From: Penicillus capitatus
Taxonomy: Eukaryota; Plantae; Chlorophyta
NCBI GenBank assembly: GCA_965649825.1
Contig: OZ287721.1
Span: 1-46,000, forward strand
Reading direction: 5' to 3'
DNA: 46,000 nt
A program made the translations under genes and the position numbers. Within the stretch, counting starts at the first letter, position 1, and each line of letters begins with the position of its first letter. Under the pieces are notes generated by a model, which saw nothing but the letters and a program-made list of their open reading frames with translations, was not told the DNA's origin and did no database searches. Below, one piece after another: positions 11,996 to 23,500 of this stretch.

Positions 11996-12000
11996 TGTAA
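11996..12000 (+). promoter_or_regulatory. TGTAA candidate poly(A) signal for ISWI
   Basis: TGTAA 31 nt after the ISWI stop codon. Confidence 0.5.
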
Positions 12001-12099
12001 AACGATAGAGAATCTCTTATGCAAAAGATAAGGCTCTGGCAAAAGGGGAACCCCACTCCTACTCGACAGCGCCGCCATGTACAGATGTCACATCATATC

Positions 12100-12104
12100 T
12101 TACA
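12100..12104 (-). promoter_or_regulatory. TGTAA candidate poly(A) signal for the PG-repeat gene
   Basis: TGTAA on the minus strand ~30 nt after the stop at 12134. Confidence 0.5.
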
Positions 12105-12133
12105 GATCTCTACGCGAGAACGCAACAGATAGA

Positions 12134-13833
12134 CTAGACGCTGTAGGATCCGGGTCCAGGGAGGTCCTCTTGCGTGCCGTGGTCACGCTATAAGATAGAG
12201 AGTGAGATACCAAGAGGGTGCGTCTAAGGTGGTGCTCACCTTCGAGGAGCCAAATCCCCATCCGGGAGCCGTTCTCTTGTAGGAGAGACGCTGCAATCCC
12301 ATTCCTGACGGGCACTGTCCCACTCCCGGACCCGGCGAGCATCCGCTACAGCTCTGATTGGCATGCTCTTTCGAGATGAGAACCTAAACCCGAACCGAAT
12401 CGCTGACGATTTCTAACCGTCGAGCACATGCTTTCTCCAGCTTCTCACGCGTCGCATCGCCGAAACTAAACTGTGGAGATGTCTTCTTATTCGACTGGAT
12501 CTGCTGACCGCACGCCGTCGGTATTCTGTAATCCTTTCCACCTTCCATTAAGGACAAAGGCACATCCGTTTCCTTGAATCGCTGCGTCGTCCGTGCTCCC
12601 CATCCCGGAGCCGAACGCCGCGAAGATACAATCTAGATGCAGACAGATCGCATTCCTTCGGGAGCTTTTCCCTCGAGTGCTCTGCCTGGCGGCCGATGGC
12701 AGAAGGAATGCGATAAGAATTCGGTGGAGGGGAGTCAAAGCCATAGTATGTCTTGGACAGGTCATCATCGACGTACATCTACACGGACGCACTTTGCCAG
12801 TCCCTGGACAGCTACGGCAGAGAGAGCACTTTCTGGAGATCTTCGCGCGTCGAGGTACCAAACACGGTTCGCGTTGAAGTCGGTCGCGTCGAATCCGCCT
12901 GTCGGCCAAGACTCGTTGAACCTCTATAGTTTCCCGGTCCGGGAGCTAATGCACCACGTTCATTTGGTGATCTGGTAGAATTGCCGAATCCGAAAGCTGG
13001 AGAGGAGTTTCTCTCGGAGACTGGCTGGGAACCGATCGATGACTAAAGCAGAGCCAAAACCCATTTGGCTCCAAAAGGAGAACAGATGACGCACGTATGT
13101 TTTGTAAACGGCTCCGGGCGAGTTGTTTCCACTCATAGAGCGGGCATGGGCAGGCGAGACATATTGCTAAGGGCACCATAGCATGTGATCAAACCGTAGA
13201 CGACGCGTTACTTTTGCCGTCGCCTCTCGGAGCGACGTACCGAATCCGACAGAAGGTGCCGTTCGGAGTCTGGAGTGTACTTGAGGACCGAAGGACGATT
13301 TGCGACAGCGGCCGGAAAGATGGCTGCTCGAGATCATGAGCAAGGCCTCATCGTCAACCGTTTTCGATTGGACCATGCTGCAAACGAGGCTGGTCGCTTG
13401 ACGCAAAGAACGCAGGCGGTATCGAAGAGGAAGCAGCACATCCAACGTATACCCTGTCCGCCGCCTGTCTGTTTTGACAGGTCGCTCGGTCCGAGAAAGG
13501 CCATGGCTGTGGATTTCGATGCAGCACGGTAGACGTCACATCACTAAAGGAACGGCCTCCTTCTGCTCTGCCACCTCGCTCGACGAAAACGCCGCCGTCG
13601 AGAACGTTCTTGTGAGACCATAAGCGTCTGTCTTACTAAGAGACGCAACGAACGTCCATAGTTGTCTGTGCGTCATGCAACCGTGACGGGAACAACGCAT
13701 CTGCTTGCTCAGCGTTGAGCACAGAGTCGTCAGAATCGTCAGGGTAAGGAGCAGATGCCATAGTGCTCGGTGCCTCTGCCTCGACGCCGGTTGCAACAGA
13801 GAACAAACTCTGTATGTCTACCACAGACGACAT
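12134..13833 (-). CDS. PG-rich repeat (STPG/SHIPPO/ODF3-like) axonemal protein, multi-exon; not visible as one ORF in the track
   Basis: Repeated units APGPGNYRGSTSLGRQADSTRPTSTRTVFGTSTRE, SPPPNSYRIPSAIGRQ, SSFGPQVHSRLRTAPSVGFGTSLRE, SPGPGVGQCPSGMGLQRLSYKRTAPGWGFGSSK and LPGPGSYSV*. Start codon less certain. Confidence 0.72.
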
Positions 13834-14284
13834 AGCTTACGATGCAGCGTCGCGCTGACTGTGACTGCGTTCAAGGTTCCGTCATCCGGAGCTGAGAACT
13901 TGTGGTGAGTTTTCGCCGCGTGGTGACGCGACGGTCCGACGGTTGTTGTTGGTGATCCATCCATCAACCGGCAAACAGCGGTTAGATGCGATAATCGGTC
14001 GTTATTTGCTTCGTCGGTGCGAAACTTTTTTGATAATAACCGTGGCCGATTGCGCGGATATCTCTGTTCAAATTCTCAAAAGCATCCGTTCATCGTTTAT
14101 GCGAGCTCATTCGTAGGTCTTGTCGGGAAATAAGCTTTCTGCTTCTCCTTAGAACGAACGCCGCTCTCTTCTGACAAGTAACGCGTAAACGTGGCGAGGT
14201 TTTGAAGTGAGTCGCCGTTGTTTTGTTTGTCTAGGCGCTAGCCACGTGATAACCCTCTCTCTTAATCTTGCTACCGCGCTCGAA

Positions 14285-15400
14285 ATGGCTCCTGCCTTGC
14301 CACCTGCCAATTACTCTAACGAGCACCAGGGTCCTCCGCCCAACTACTACATGCCGAGTGGTCCGTTTCCTGTGGACTTCAATCAGGCCGTGCGTTACCC
14401 GCCGCATCCGGGGCATATGGAACATGTTCCGGTTCCACCGGTGGTATTTCCTTACGCGTGTCCACCTGGACAAGGTCCGCTGTTTGCGCCTGTGCCGATG
14501 CCTCATCCAGGAATGCCGGACGGTTCGATTCCTCGAGCACACTACCCGAACTTCATGCCTGCCATGTCGATGCCGCCGCATATGGCCGTGCCGCGTGGAG
14601 TAATGTCACCGGAAGGTTACATGGAAAACGGCAGTGAGTACTTAAATCCACGTGCCAAGGAGTACATGCCGCCTCGCCTCGGAGGCGACGCTGTGAAAGG
14701 GGGGCAACGCATGGCACCTCCCAATGCAAAGAAGTACATTAAGGATGATCAGAACAGCGAGTCGAATGGAGGACGTGTTCGCACTCGCAAGCGCCGTACA
14801 CGTCGCGGCAAAGACAAGCAAGCTGCATTGCAGGAGAACATTCGGAAGACAGTTTATATTTCCGATATTGACCAGCAAATAACCGAAGAGCAGCTGGCGA
14901 CCGTTTTTTCAGAATGTGGAACAGTGGTCGATTGTCGTGTTTGTGGCGATCCAAACTCGGCCATGCGTTTCGCATTTATTGAGTTTTTGACAGAGGACGA
15001 CGCAAAAGCAGCATTGAAAAAGAACGGGACTGAACTAGGAATGTCCAGACTCAGAGTATTGCCTTCGAAAACGGCAATTGTACCGGTCAATAAAGAACTC
15101 ATGCCCAAAAATAAAGAGGAGATGGAACAGTGTAGCAGAACAATTTATGCAACCAACATCGACAAGAAAGTGGACAGAGAGGACGTCAAGCGCTTCTTTG
15201 AGGCACTCTGTGGACAAGTTCTCAGACTCAGACTCCTGGGAGACCATGCCCACTCCACCAGAATTGCTTTTGTCGAGTTCAGTCATGCCGAGAGCGCATT
15301 GGCGGCGCTCAGCTGCAGTGGCGCTCTCCTGGGAACCATGCCCATCCGTGTCTCTCCCTCCAAGACGCCTGTCCGATTCTCTGCCGCCGACAACGAATGA
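14285..15400 (+). CDS. CID11: CID8-13 class PABP-interacting protein (PAM2 motif + two RRMs), intronless
   Basis: PAM2-like LNPRAKEYMP; RRM1 TVYISDIDQQITEEQLATVFSECGTVVDCRVCGDPNSAMRFAFIEF; RRM2 TIYATNIDKKVDREDVKRFFE...TRIAFVEF; C-terminal PIRVSPSKTPVR. Exact paralogue number is not resolvable. Confidence 0.88.
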   Translation: MAPALPPANYSNEHQGPPPNYYMPSGPFPVDFNQAVRYPPHPGHMEHVPVPPVVFPYACPPGQGPLFAPVPMPHPGMPDGSIPRAHYPNFMPAMSMPPHMAVPRGVMSPEGYMENGSEYLNPRAKEYMPPRLGGDAVKGGQRMAPPNAKKYIKDDQNSESNGGRVRTRKRRTRRGKDKQAALQENIRKTVYISDIDQQITEEQLATVFSECGTVVDCRVCGDPNSAMRFAFIEFLTEDDAKAALKKNGTELGMSRLRVLPSKTAIVPVNKELMPKNKEEMEQCSRTIYATNIDKKVDREDVKRFFEALCGQVLRLRLLGDHAHSTRIAFVEFSHAESALAALSCSGALLGTMPIRVSPSKTPVRFSAADNE

Positions 15401-16211
15401 AGGGATGTACCCCATCACACCACACCACACCATCGTTCTTTCCGTTGTCCCTTCCTTCTCTTTTCATCTATTTTACCAACAAACTCCTAGAGGTGTCTGG
15501 ATGTTCTCTCACTATCATCAGCATCGTTGTTATTGCTGCCGCCCTTTCGCCCAGCACTGACAGCGATCGATGTGTACACAACCTGTGTGTTATTGTTGGT
15601 GTTGTCAAAGATGATCATTTTCAAGTTTGGATGGATGAGGATGGAGGGTCATTGGCTTTATTAAGCACACAGGGACATTCTCGTGTTGTTTGTTGTTGTC
15701 GATCTTATGGTTGTTGCGATTGTTTCGTGGGTTGGCCAATCACGTTACTGTTGTTTCTTTTCTCCTGGTCGTTTGGGCGCAGTTCCCCCCATCTCATGTA
15801 GTATCAGGAAGGCATTTCTAGAATTGCCGCTATGGAATGTGCGTTGCGAGTTGATATTTCGGTGGAGGTTGTATTGGTGAGCCATCCATCCAGCCAGCCA
15901 TGTATTGAGAATCAAAAGAAGCTTCATCATACATACTCTATTTCGTTCGACCGTGTGTCCTTATTGGCTCACTCGTATCAACGAGTTGCTTTGGCAATCT
16001 CTATTTGATTATTATCCGAGGCATTGTTTTTTGCATTCCAGGTCATTGTGGTAAGGGACATCGGTAGATCGTAGTTTATCTCATTTTATCAGTGTGCGTC
16101 ATTTCCGGCTAAGTTACATCAGGCAGACAAACAGACAGATCTAACTGCTGCCCCATCTATGTATGTTTGGCAACCACCCATATATCCAAAATAAATGTGG
16201 ACTGCCCTTCA

Positions 16212-16216
16212 TGTAA
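16212..16216 (+). promoter_or_regulatory. TGTAA candidate poly(A) signal ending a long 3' region of the CID gene
   Basis: First TGTAA seen downstream of the CID stop, ~810 nt away and ~100 nt before the CFIm25 ATG. Confidence 0.4.
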
Positions 16217-16317
16217 TCTCATTTTGTGTTTAGACGATGAAACGGCTGAGATGCACGCACGTACATACGCACGTACACGAGGGCGGTGATGATGTGACAG
16301 CTCTGTCGGCGGCGATC

Positions 16318-17190
16318 ATGGCAGACACGTACCTTCAAGGACGTCAGGCGAATGGGCAGACCTCCTATGCCCTCCACCCCATTAGCAACTACACGTTCGG
16401 CACCAAAGCGCCCAAAGTTGAGAAAGACACGTCTGTCAAGGAACGTCTCGACCGTATGAAGCACAAGTGCGCCAGTGCTCAGTGCATCGGGTGCTATAGC
16501 TGCTAAAACACATCCATCTGTGTGGACAGATATGACAAAGAAGGGTCGCGTTTCTCTGCAGAAGGTATCCTGCTTGTACAGGAGCATGGCCATCCTCATG
16601 TCTTGCTTCTGCAAATCGGCAATACATTTTTCAAGCTGCCCGGCGGCCGACTGCGCCCAGGCGAAGATGGTAGAGACATCGATGCCGATCGACCATCGCC
16701 ACGTTCCTTTGCTTTCACAGAGATCAGTGGCCTGAAAAGAAAACTGACGAATAATCTCTCGCCTTCCAATGCGGCTCTGGGGCCTCAGTGGGAGGTGGGC
16801 GAATGTGTGGGGATCTATTGGAGGCCAAACTTCGAGACGATTCTCTATCCATACCTCCCACCACATGTCACGCGGCCCAAAGAGTGCAAGAAGCTCTTCT
16901 TGGCACCCTTGCCCGAGAAATGCTATTTCTCTGTAATGTATGGCCTAGTGGGGGCAGTGTGTGAGGCGTGTGGTATCCAGGTGCCAAAGAATCTGCGTCT
17001 GTTGGCAGTGCCTCTGTTTGAGCTCTATGATAATGTCCAACGCTATGGACCCATTATCTCAGCCATCCCTCAAATGCTCTCACGCTTTCGGCTGAATTTT
17101 GCAGGAGAGCGCGAAGACATTGCACGTTCTCTCACTTCTGCCCCGATGTCGATCTCCACCGAAGACCAGCAACAGACACAGGCATCTTAA
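16318..17190 (+). CDS. NUDT21: Cleavage factor Im 25 kDa subunit (CPSF5/NUDT21); 3 introns, two of them frame-preserving (16670-16720, 16933-16980)
   Basis: YALHPISNYTFGTK, EGILLVQEHGHPHVLLLQIGNTFFKLPGGRLRPGED, WRPNFET..YPYLPPHVTRPKECK, VPKNLRLLAVPLFELYDNVQRYGPIISAIPQMLSRF. Confidence 0.96.
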
Positions 17191-17272
17191 CACAACCAAC
17201 ACGCAGGAAGCGTAAAACGGGAGAAACAAACGGACAATGTTCTCTTCTATATGTGATCGTCTGTCAGTCCAT

Positions 17273-18898
17273 CTAACCCAATCGCATTCCTTTCAGGGGC
17301 GAAGTAATCGACACAGATGGTGTCCTCTCCTGGCCACTCCTTCGTTTCAACACTTGTGTACTGCAATGTACGGCACCGTACATCGAGGTAATAGAGGAGA
17401 ACTTAATCGCCTGCCATAGCCGTGATCCATACCGAGGCATTTGGCAGAGAAGGGGCAAACCTCGACGCGTCCATGAAAGAACGGAGAGCGGACCATTTTC
17501 CGGCTAGCCTCCGCATCGGCAGAGAGAATCGTCCCGTTGCCAAGGTTCAGTACATTGCAGGCGTACCGTAGCTGTTCTTCTCGGCTCACCGGAATAATCT
17601 GATACCCTTTGCTCTGAACATAGGCACTGAATTCGATGTCTTGTGCCAGACAGTGATAGCGACGGGTGATCGGATCCAGTTTGTATTCGTCGACGAGGCG
17701 ATGGATCGGAGAGGAGGTCTGCATAACATCCTCCAGCATCAGACAACTGTCAAAGCCCGTGATATTGAAGACGCAATCGAGATGCATGCGATCTTGACTC
17801 TGATCCCGACAGTCCTTAACGACTGCCACGTACTGCGTACCCAACCAGTCACGATCCATCAGTTGCTGACAGGCAGCAAAATTGGAACGCAGACCGACGC
17901 CAATGAAACACAGTTCTAATCCAGCAGGGAAAAAATCGCCGCCTTCTAAGTAACCGGGCTTCTCGATAGCGCCCAGAATGCCGATTCCTGAAAAAGAGTG
18001 AGAAAAGGCGGCGGTGGCGGCGGCGTACTTAATTTCTTAAAGCAGTAGGAAAGCAGCTTGACTTCGGGTGCGCGCTGTGTCGAGTGCAATCGGCCCATGA
18101 CAATACCTTTGGCCGTCGTAATCTGCTGATCTCTTGTGTAGATCAGGTTGGACAGAGGCTTGTACTCGTATCTTGGCTCCAGTCCTGTATTCCTCTCCGT
18201 CGGCGTGAGCTGCACCCTCGGCTGCACCATCAACACATCGATCAGCTGATCCAGCGACATCTTCTGCAATACCTACACAGCGTCGAGCCGCCAGTCCATG
18301 GGGCACAGCATAAAGTACTGACTGTTCTCTTGTAGGCATCGCTCAAGGAGTAACGATCGTCGTCGCTCAGTGTCGCTGGATCGCAATCGGGATTCAGAAC
18401 GTAACGAAGGGCGTCCATTGCCAGATCCTCGAGTTCCACTCTGGCATTGATGTACTTGTCTGCCTCGTGTGCCAGAATCCCTCGAACCGTCAGAACTGTA
18501 CGCGCTTAAGCTGAGTGCGATCGATACAGCCGCTTCCGACATCCTTTACCTTTGATCCCATGCGATCTCAGAATCCTTCTGAACTCGGCGTGCTGTTCTT
18601 TGCATGCATCTAAATTGAGAGGCCGCTCATAGAGCGACGCTCTCGGATGCAGACCGCCCATAGCATTCGATGCGCCTTCTGGCTCACTCACCAACACGAC
18701 CTCCGCAACATCGTTCTCGTGCTCCTGCCAGAACATCACGAACGAGCGGACATCTTTCTCGTCCCTTGCCTGGCAAACGGGTCGCATGTGATCGACCGTT
18801 ACGACGTGCTCAGCGTCGTTGTCTTCGTCGATTTCGTCGCTCTTTTGCAGAGCGTCTAGGTCTCCGAGTGAGTGTGGCTCCAGTCCTGCGGCGAGCAT
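17273..18898 (-). CDS. ADI: Arginine deiminase, multi-exon
   Basis: Amidinotransferase-fold motifs NLIYTRDQQITTAKG, YLEGGDFF, RMHLDCVFN, YACNVLNLG and catalytic Cys in YGAVHCSTQV; N-terminal SLYERPLNLDACKEQHAEFRRIL. Confidence 0.92.
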
Positions 18899-18982
18899 GA
18901 GACGATCGGTGTCCAAAAGAGGAAATCGAGCGATACATGTGAAAATCCATGTCCATTGCCGAGGGGATGTATCATCTTGACG

Positions 18983-20492
18983 ATGGCGGAACGTCCCATT
19001 CCTGTAACCCCCGACGGTATTGACAAGTGCCCGACGTTCTGTCCTTCTGCCCAGCGCAAAGAGAGACGTCGCCGTCGCACAATGCTTCCGTCCTCGCGGA
19101 ACGATAGAAAGAGCAGGGCCACGAAATCCGAACCAGCAGAGACGCTGGACGCACCCGTCGACGTTGTATCCGACTATCGTGACGTCGCGTGCCTCAAAAC
19201 GTCTCTCGAGAATGTGCAGCGAGATATGATGACGGATCCATCGGACCTCGAACTCGAAGGGAGCCTCCGTGAGGTTATCAAGGAGTGTACTGTGGTGAGA
19301 CAAGATCTCTCCCAAGGCACTGTGAGCCAAGAGGGCCAAATGTCACATCAACGTACGCCATTTCATGGAGTTAGAAGAGTGAGATGGATGGACTGTACAG
19401 GTGAAATACGACGACGATATCCACAGAGACAGCGTACATCCCTGATGCAGAGCTATCGAGAAAAGTCATCTCCGACGAAAAAGAGTGAGAGACGCATCGA
19501 GAAATCTCGATCTGGCAAAGGACCCAATGGCCAGGGCAGAAGAAAACTGACAGAGACTGCTGCCGCAAAGAACAGGGAGGCCATTCAGCGAGAAGGTCCA
19601 CCCCGCTGTCTTCTCTGCTGATGTGACAGGTTGTGTTTTAGTATCTGTGCCTTCTGAGGCGATCGGTGATGAGGACAAGGACGATCGTCCGACAGGGGAA
19701 ACGAAATCGCCGTCGCTCAAATTGCCCTGCCGTGCGCAGACCACCTCAGCATCACTGAAAGAAATCATTGCTTCATTCCGTCGTGCTCAAGAGGCACCTC
19801 CGCCGCCACCTTGTCCACCAGCTTTGCCTCCTCTATCAGAAGAGATCACACCCGAACCTGTTCAGCCACGTGCTATGCAGATGCACAACGAATGGCAACA
19901 AGAACAGCGAGAGTCCTTCGTGCAAGACGCTTCCCCTGCGACCAAAGTCTATGTCATGCCAAGTGGATACATCGTACAGAGTGTGCAGATGGTGTTGGAG
20001 AAGAAACAGGCAGAGAAGGCAGATGAGAGGATGCCTGCTCTCTATCCTTTCTTTCGACCCGAGCCCTATCGCTGCCGGTCTTCTGGATGCTATCTCCCGC
20101 TCAGAGAGGCCCCTGTCGAAGTGTCATGCTCTTTTATGGAGACGGATGTGCGACTGGAGATGATCAAGACGGCACCGAGGAAAGAAGCTTTTCCAGCTGG
20201 GGGTGTTCCTGGAGGTATCGATGTGCGAAACTTCCTGATCGAAATGGAAGAGAATGAAAAGAGATTTCGCTTCTTGCCCATTCCTTTGCAGCAGCATTCC
20301 CTTTATCCACTCAACAGAGACACTCAGGAATTACTCGCACAGTTAGAACAAAACGTTATACACCATGAGCCTCTATTATCAGGCGAAACAGACGTCACAT
20401 CAGAAGAAACGCAGCTCAGCAAAACATCGTTAGACCTAGAACAGCGACTGCAAGATTTTTCGAGAAGACTGGAGCAGTTCTGTGAAGCCTAA
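18983..20492 (+). CDS. Hypothetical (orphan) protein, multi-exon, low complexity
   Basis: Two long ORFs (18872-19621, 19623-20492) linked by intron-like segments ending in TGATGTGACAG; no recognised domain. Confidence 0.6.
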
Positions 20493-20539
20493 GTCTTATC
20501 CTACAGAAACGGGTGGCAAAGCAGTCTATGTACGATGTC

Positions 20540-20544
20540 TTACA
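20540..20544 (-). promoter_or_regulatory. TGTAA candidate poly(A) signal for the TWD40-2-like gene
   Basis: TGTAA on the minus strand 44 nt after the stop at 20588. Confidence 0.5.
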
Positions 20545-20587
20545 GCCTGACAGTAAGTAATACTTGTGCCATATACCATCATCCGTT

Positions 20588-23500
20588 TCAGAAAGTTAAA
20601 CCGTCTACTGTCGTCTTGAGATCCTCAAGCGTCAGCGTGGCGTCGATTCTGCCAGGAATGGCATCCAGATTTTCGAACGGGGAAATATCTCGATCTTCGG
20701 CGCCGCTCTGATTGCATTCATTAAGTTGTTTTTGCAGCGCGCTCATCACTTTGGGCGAGACTTGATCTCTTGAAGATTCCATCAGCCATTCCACCTTTTT
20801 CTTGGCGTAGCCATAGTTTCCTACCTCAATGTTCTCGCGGACAGCTTGCATGGTCATAAGTTTTTTATGCTTGTCGTCCAAATGCATTGCCGCTGTGATG
20901 CGATCCAGTCGAGCCGCTTCCGATCCAGACAGCGAGGACCGTTCCTTCAGCAATAGAACGGCTGCTAAGTACTGCTTCCCTCGGGGTAGATGCAGGACAC
21001 CAGGTTTTGAGAACGCCTCAACGGCACCTGCCCAATTGCCTCCCTCCATTTCGCGCACTCCTGTTTCAAAGCTCTCTGTCCCAACAGACGATGTCATCGA
21101 CGCAAAAGGATCTCCAACACTGACGGGGGAAACTGTCTGCGGCAGAGGACTCGGAGGAGGTTTGGGGGTAAAGGGATCAGATGAGGGCCCCTGTTGCGTG
21201 ACCGACGGGGAACTCAATTTTACGTCCGGCTGCGATGGGGAGGAAGAAAAGGACGACTGGCTTTCCGATCGATGCATACTTCCTCCACCTTTCATGGCGG
21301 CCGCAAATCCACTCGGACCGAGACTGGTTCCCAAACTCAGCCCTCCGAGTTTCAGCTTCTTCGCAGCTTCTCTCAATGCTTCGGCCGAAGTGCCACTGTG
21401 GCTGTCTTCTTTCTTCTTGATCTGAATCCTGAACTTCTTTCCAAAACCGGCACTGCCTCCCTGATCAAACTGATAACCACTCGAGGCTTCATCGTCGTCA
21501 TCATCTGAGCTGAATTTCTCATCGAAGCCGATGTCTGAGAATCCGTGCATCTGTCCTGTTTTCTGTCCTCCATGTGATGCACCCGTCTTAGGGCTGCCCA
21601 AGAAATCCAATGAACCCTGCCCTCCAATCTCCAACACTTCGGGCATCGTCGTGGACGCTTCTGTGACAGGTTTAGGAAGCAGCGAGCGTCCAGAGATTCT
21701 CTTTGTGATGGTCCGCCGCATGAAATTGCTTCCTTTTGTCTGTTTCGACACGCCCGAGACGTATCCCTTGATATCCGTCGTCTCCAGGGGATCAATCCCT
21801 CCGATATCGCCTTCCTTGATCATGCCATTCGGCGTATCTCCCTGCACACTATACATCGGCGGAACGTAGCCGGGAGCCGCAAATGTCCAGGAACTCAGAT
21901 CCTCGAACAGACCATCGCCCACGTTCTCCTTGATGCTCCCGCTGAGGAAGGCTCGCTTTTTGAGTTGCTCTGCCAATGCCTCGAGTCGTTGCAGTTCAGC
22001 ACCGTCCAGCTGATTCTTGGCAGTGTCCAGGGTCTCCTGCAGCTTTGTCATATTTCCTGCAATACAGAGAACCACGAGTGCGCGTTCCCATTCGCCTCCG
22101 ACCGCAAAGAGCTGAGAAGCGAGTTCGTGATCTCCGTGACGCACAGCGCCGAGTCCCACAGCATAGAACCTATTCCACATGAGGCAGCCTTTCGGAATGG
22201 GCGATGGATAGTGGACAGAGTTTCGATAATCGTGCATCAGTTCCTCTGCCGCTTCGTTCCAGTTCTTTGCTGCCACGCTGCAGGCCACCTACACGGGTGC
22301 TCAAAACACAATGTCCATGTCTGGAGCCATGGCTCACTTTAATCTCCTGGGACTCTTTTGGCCATCTCTGAGCCATGACCCGAGCGACGTCTGCAAAGTC
22401 GCTCTGAACCAAAGTCCTTGCGACAGGAGCGGAGACGGTGCTGGCATCAAAGTGCTGCATCACGATCTTCATTTGGTTGCGCGCATGGGCATGGACCCAA
22501 GCAGGCGGCATCAATCCAGAACTGGCAAGAGATGCCCATCCCATCAACAGAGCGTATCCAATAATGGCATGCCGCGTTGCCACTTGCCAGGACTGCGATT
22601 CTGTCTCCCGACAGAGAAACAGAATGCGATCGGCCAATGCTGCAGCCAGAACAGCACTCCCCGTGGTGGATGGTGCCCCACAGATCATGACGGTGGATCC
22701 ATCCCAGAGCAACTGATTCACCTCCCCTGTTCGCGTCACGTAAAGCAACGCCGGACCCACCCACAAACAAGACATAGGCGGCGAATACAATCCTGGACTG
22801 TTCTGTGGAGGAAACGAGAGCACAGGATAGCCATTGGCCAAGAAGATCATCAGTCTTTGGTTGGTCAGCACAGCAGCCGTGAAGGAATTTGGCAGTTGCT
22901 GTGCCTCAGCCTCTTCGGACAGTGTCTGCCATGACACCTGAATGATGATCTCGCCCTCTGATAGCTCACTAAAGGTGCCTCCCTGGATGAACTCGACGGT
23001 GTCGCTCTCGCGAAGGGCACGACGTCCTGTCGATTCCGAAATCATGGTGCCCATGGCAATCTCCCGAAATCGATTGACCCAAATGATCACACCGTATCCC
23101 AGCTTCACCTGAGCTGTCTCTTCGTCCTCCAGCGTCTCGACCAAGTTGCCCGAGCTGGTGAACTCGGGCGGAGATGGAGGTTTTGGAATCTGCGTAATCG
23201 GCGGACCCTGAAAGAGGGCAGGGGTCAGCAGACCTGGAGCCGGCAATGTCAATGACAGCAACGGCGAGTCTTTGCCGGAAACGGACTTCGTTTGAAAGAC
23301 GTGGACCGTGAAGAGATCCACATCGAGGATACAACAGTGATCCTCCGTAGGGCCGATAAACACACCAGACACGCCTAGAAGCTCATCTGAGGTCGCACAG
23401 GCACTTGTAGAGTGAAAAGACGGACCTGGTTTGAACCAGGCAGGCGAAGCGCCCACTTCGTCTTCTCGTTGGATGGTGTATGTCCACTCTTCGATGCCAT

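Noticed and set aside
13965-13992. Small hairpin (CATCAACCG...CGGTTAGATG) in the divergent spacer before the CID gene
   Set aside because: Short and imperfect, with no snoRNA, tRNA or snRNA hallmarks.
15401-16216. Enrichment of UGUA (CFIm25 sites) next to the CFIm25 gene
   Set aside because: About seven copies in 800 nt of U-rich sequence is close to expectation.
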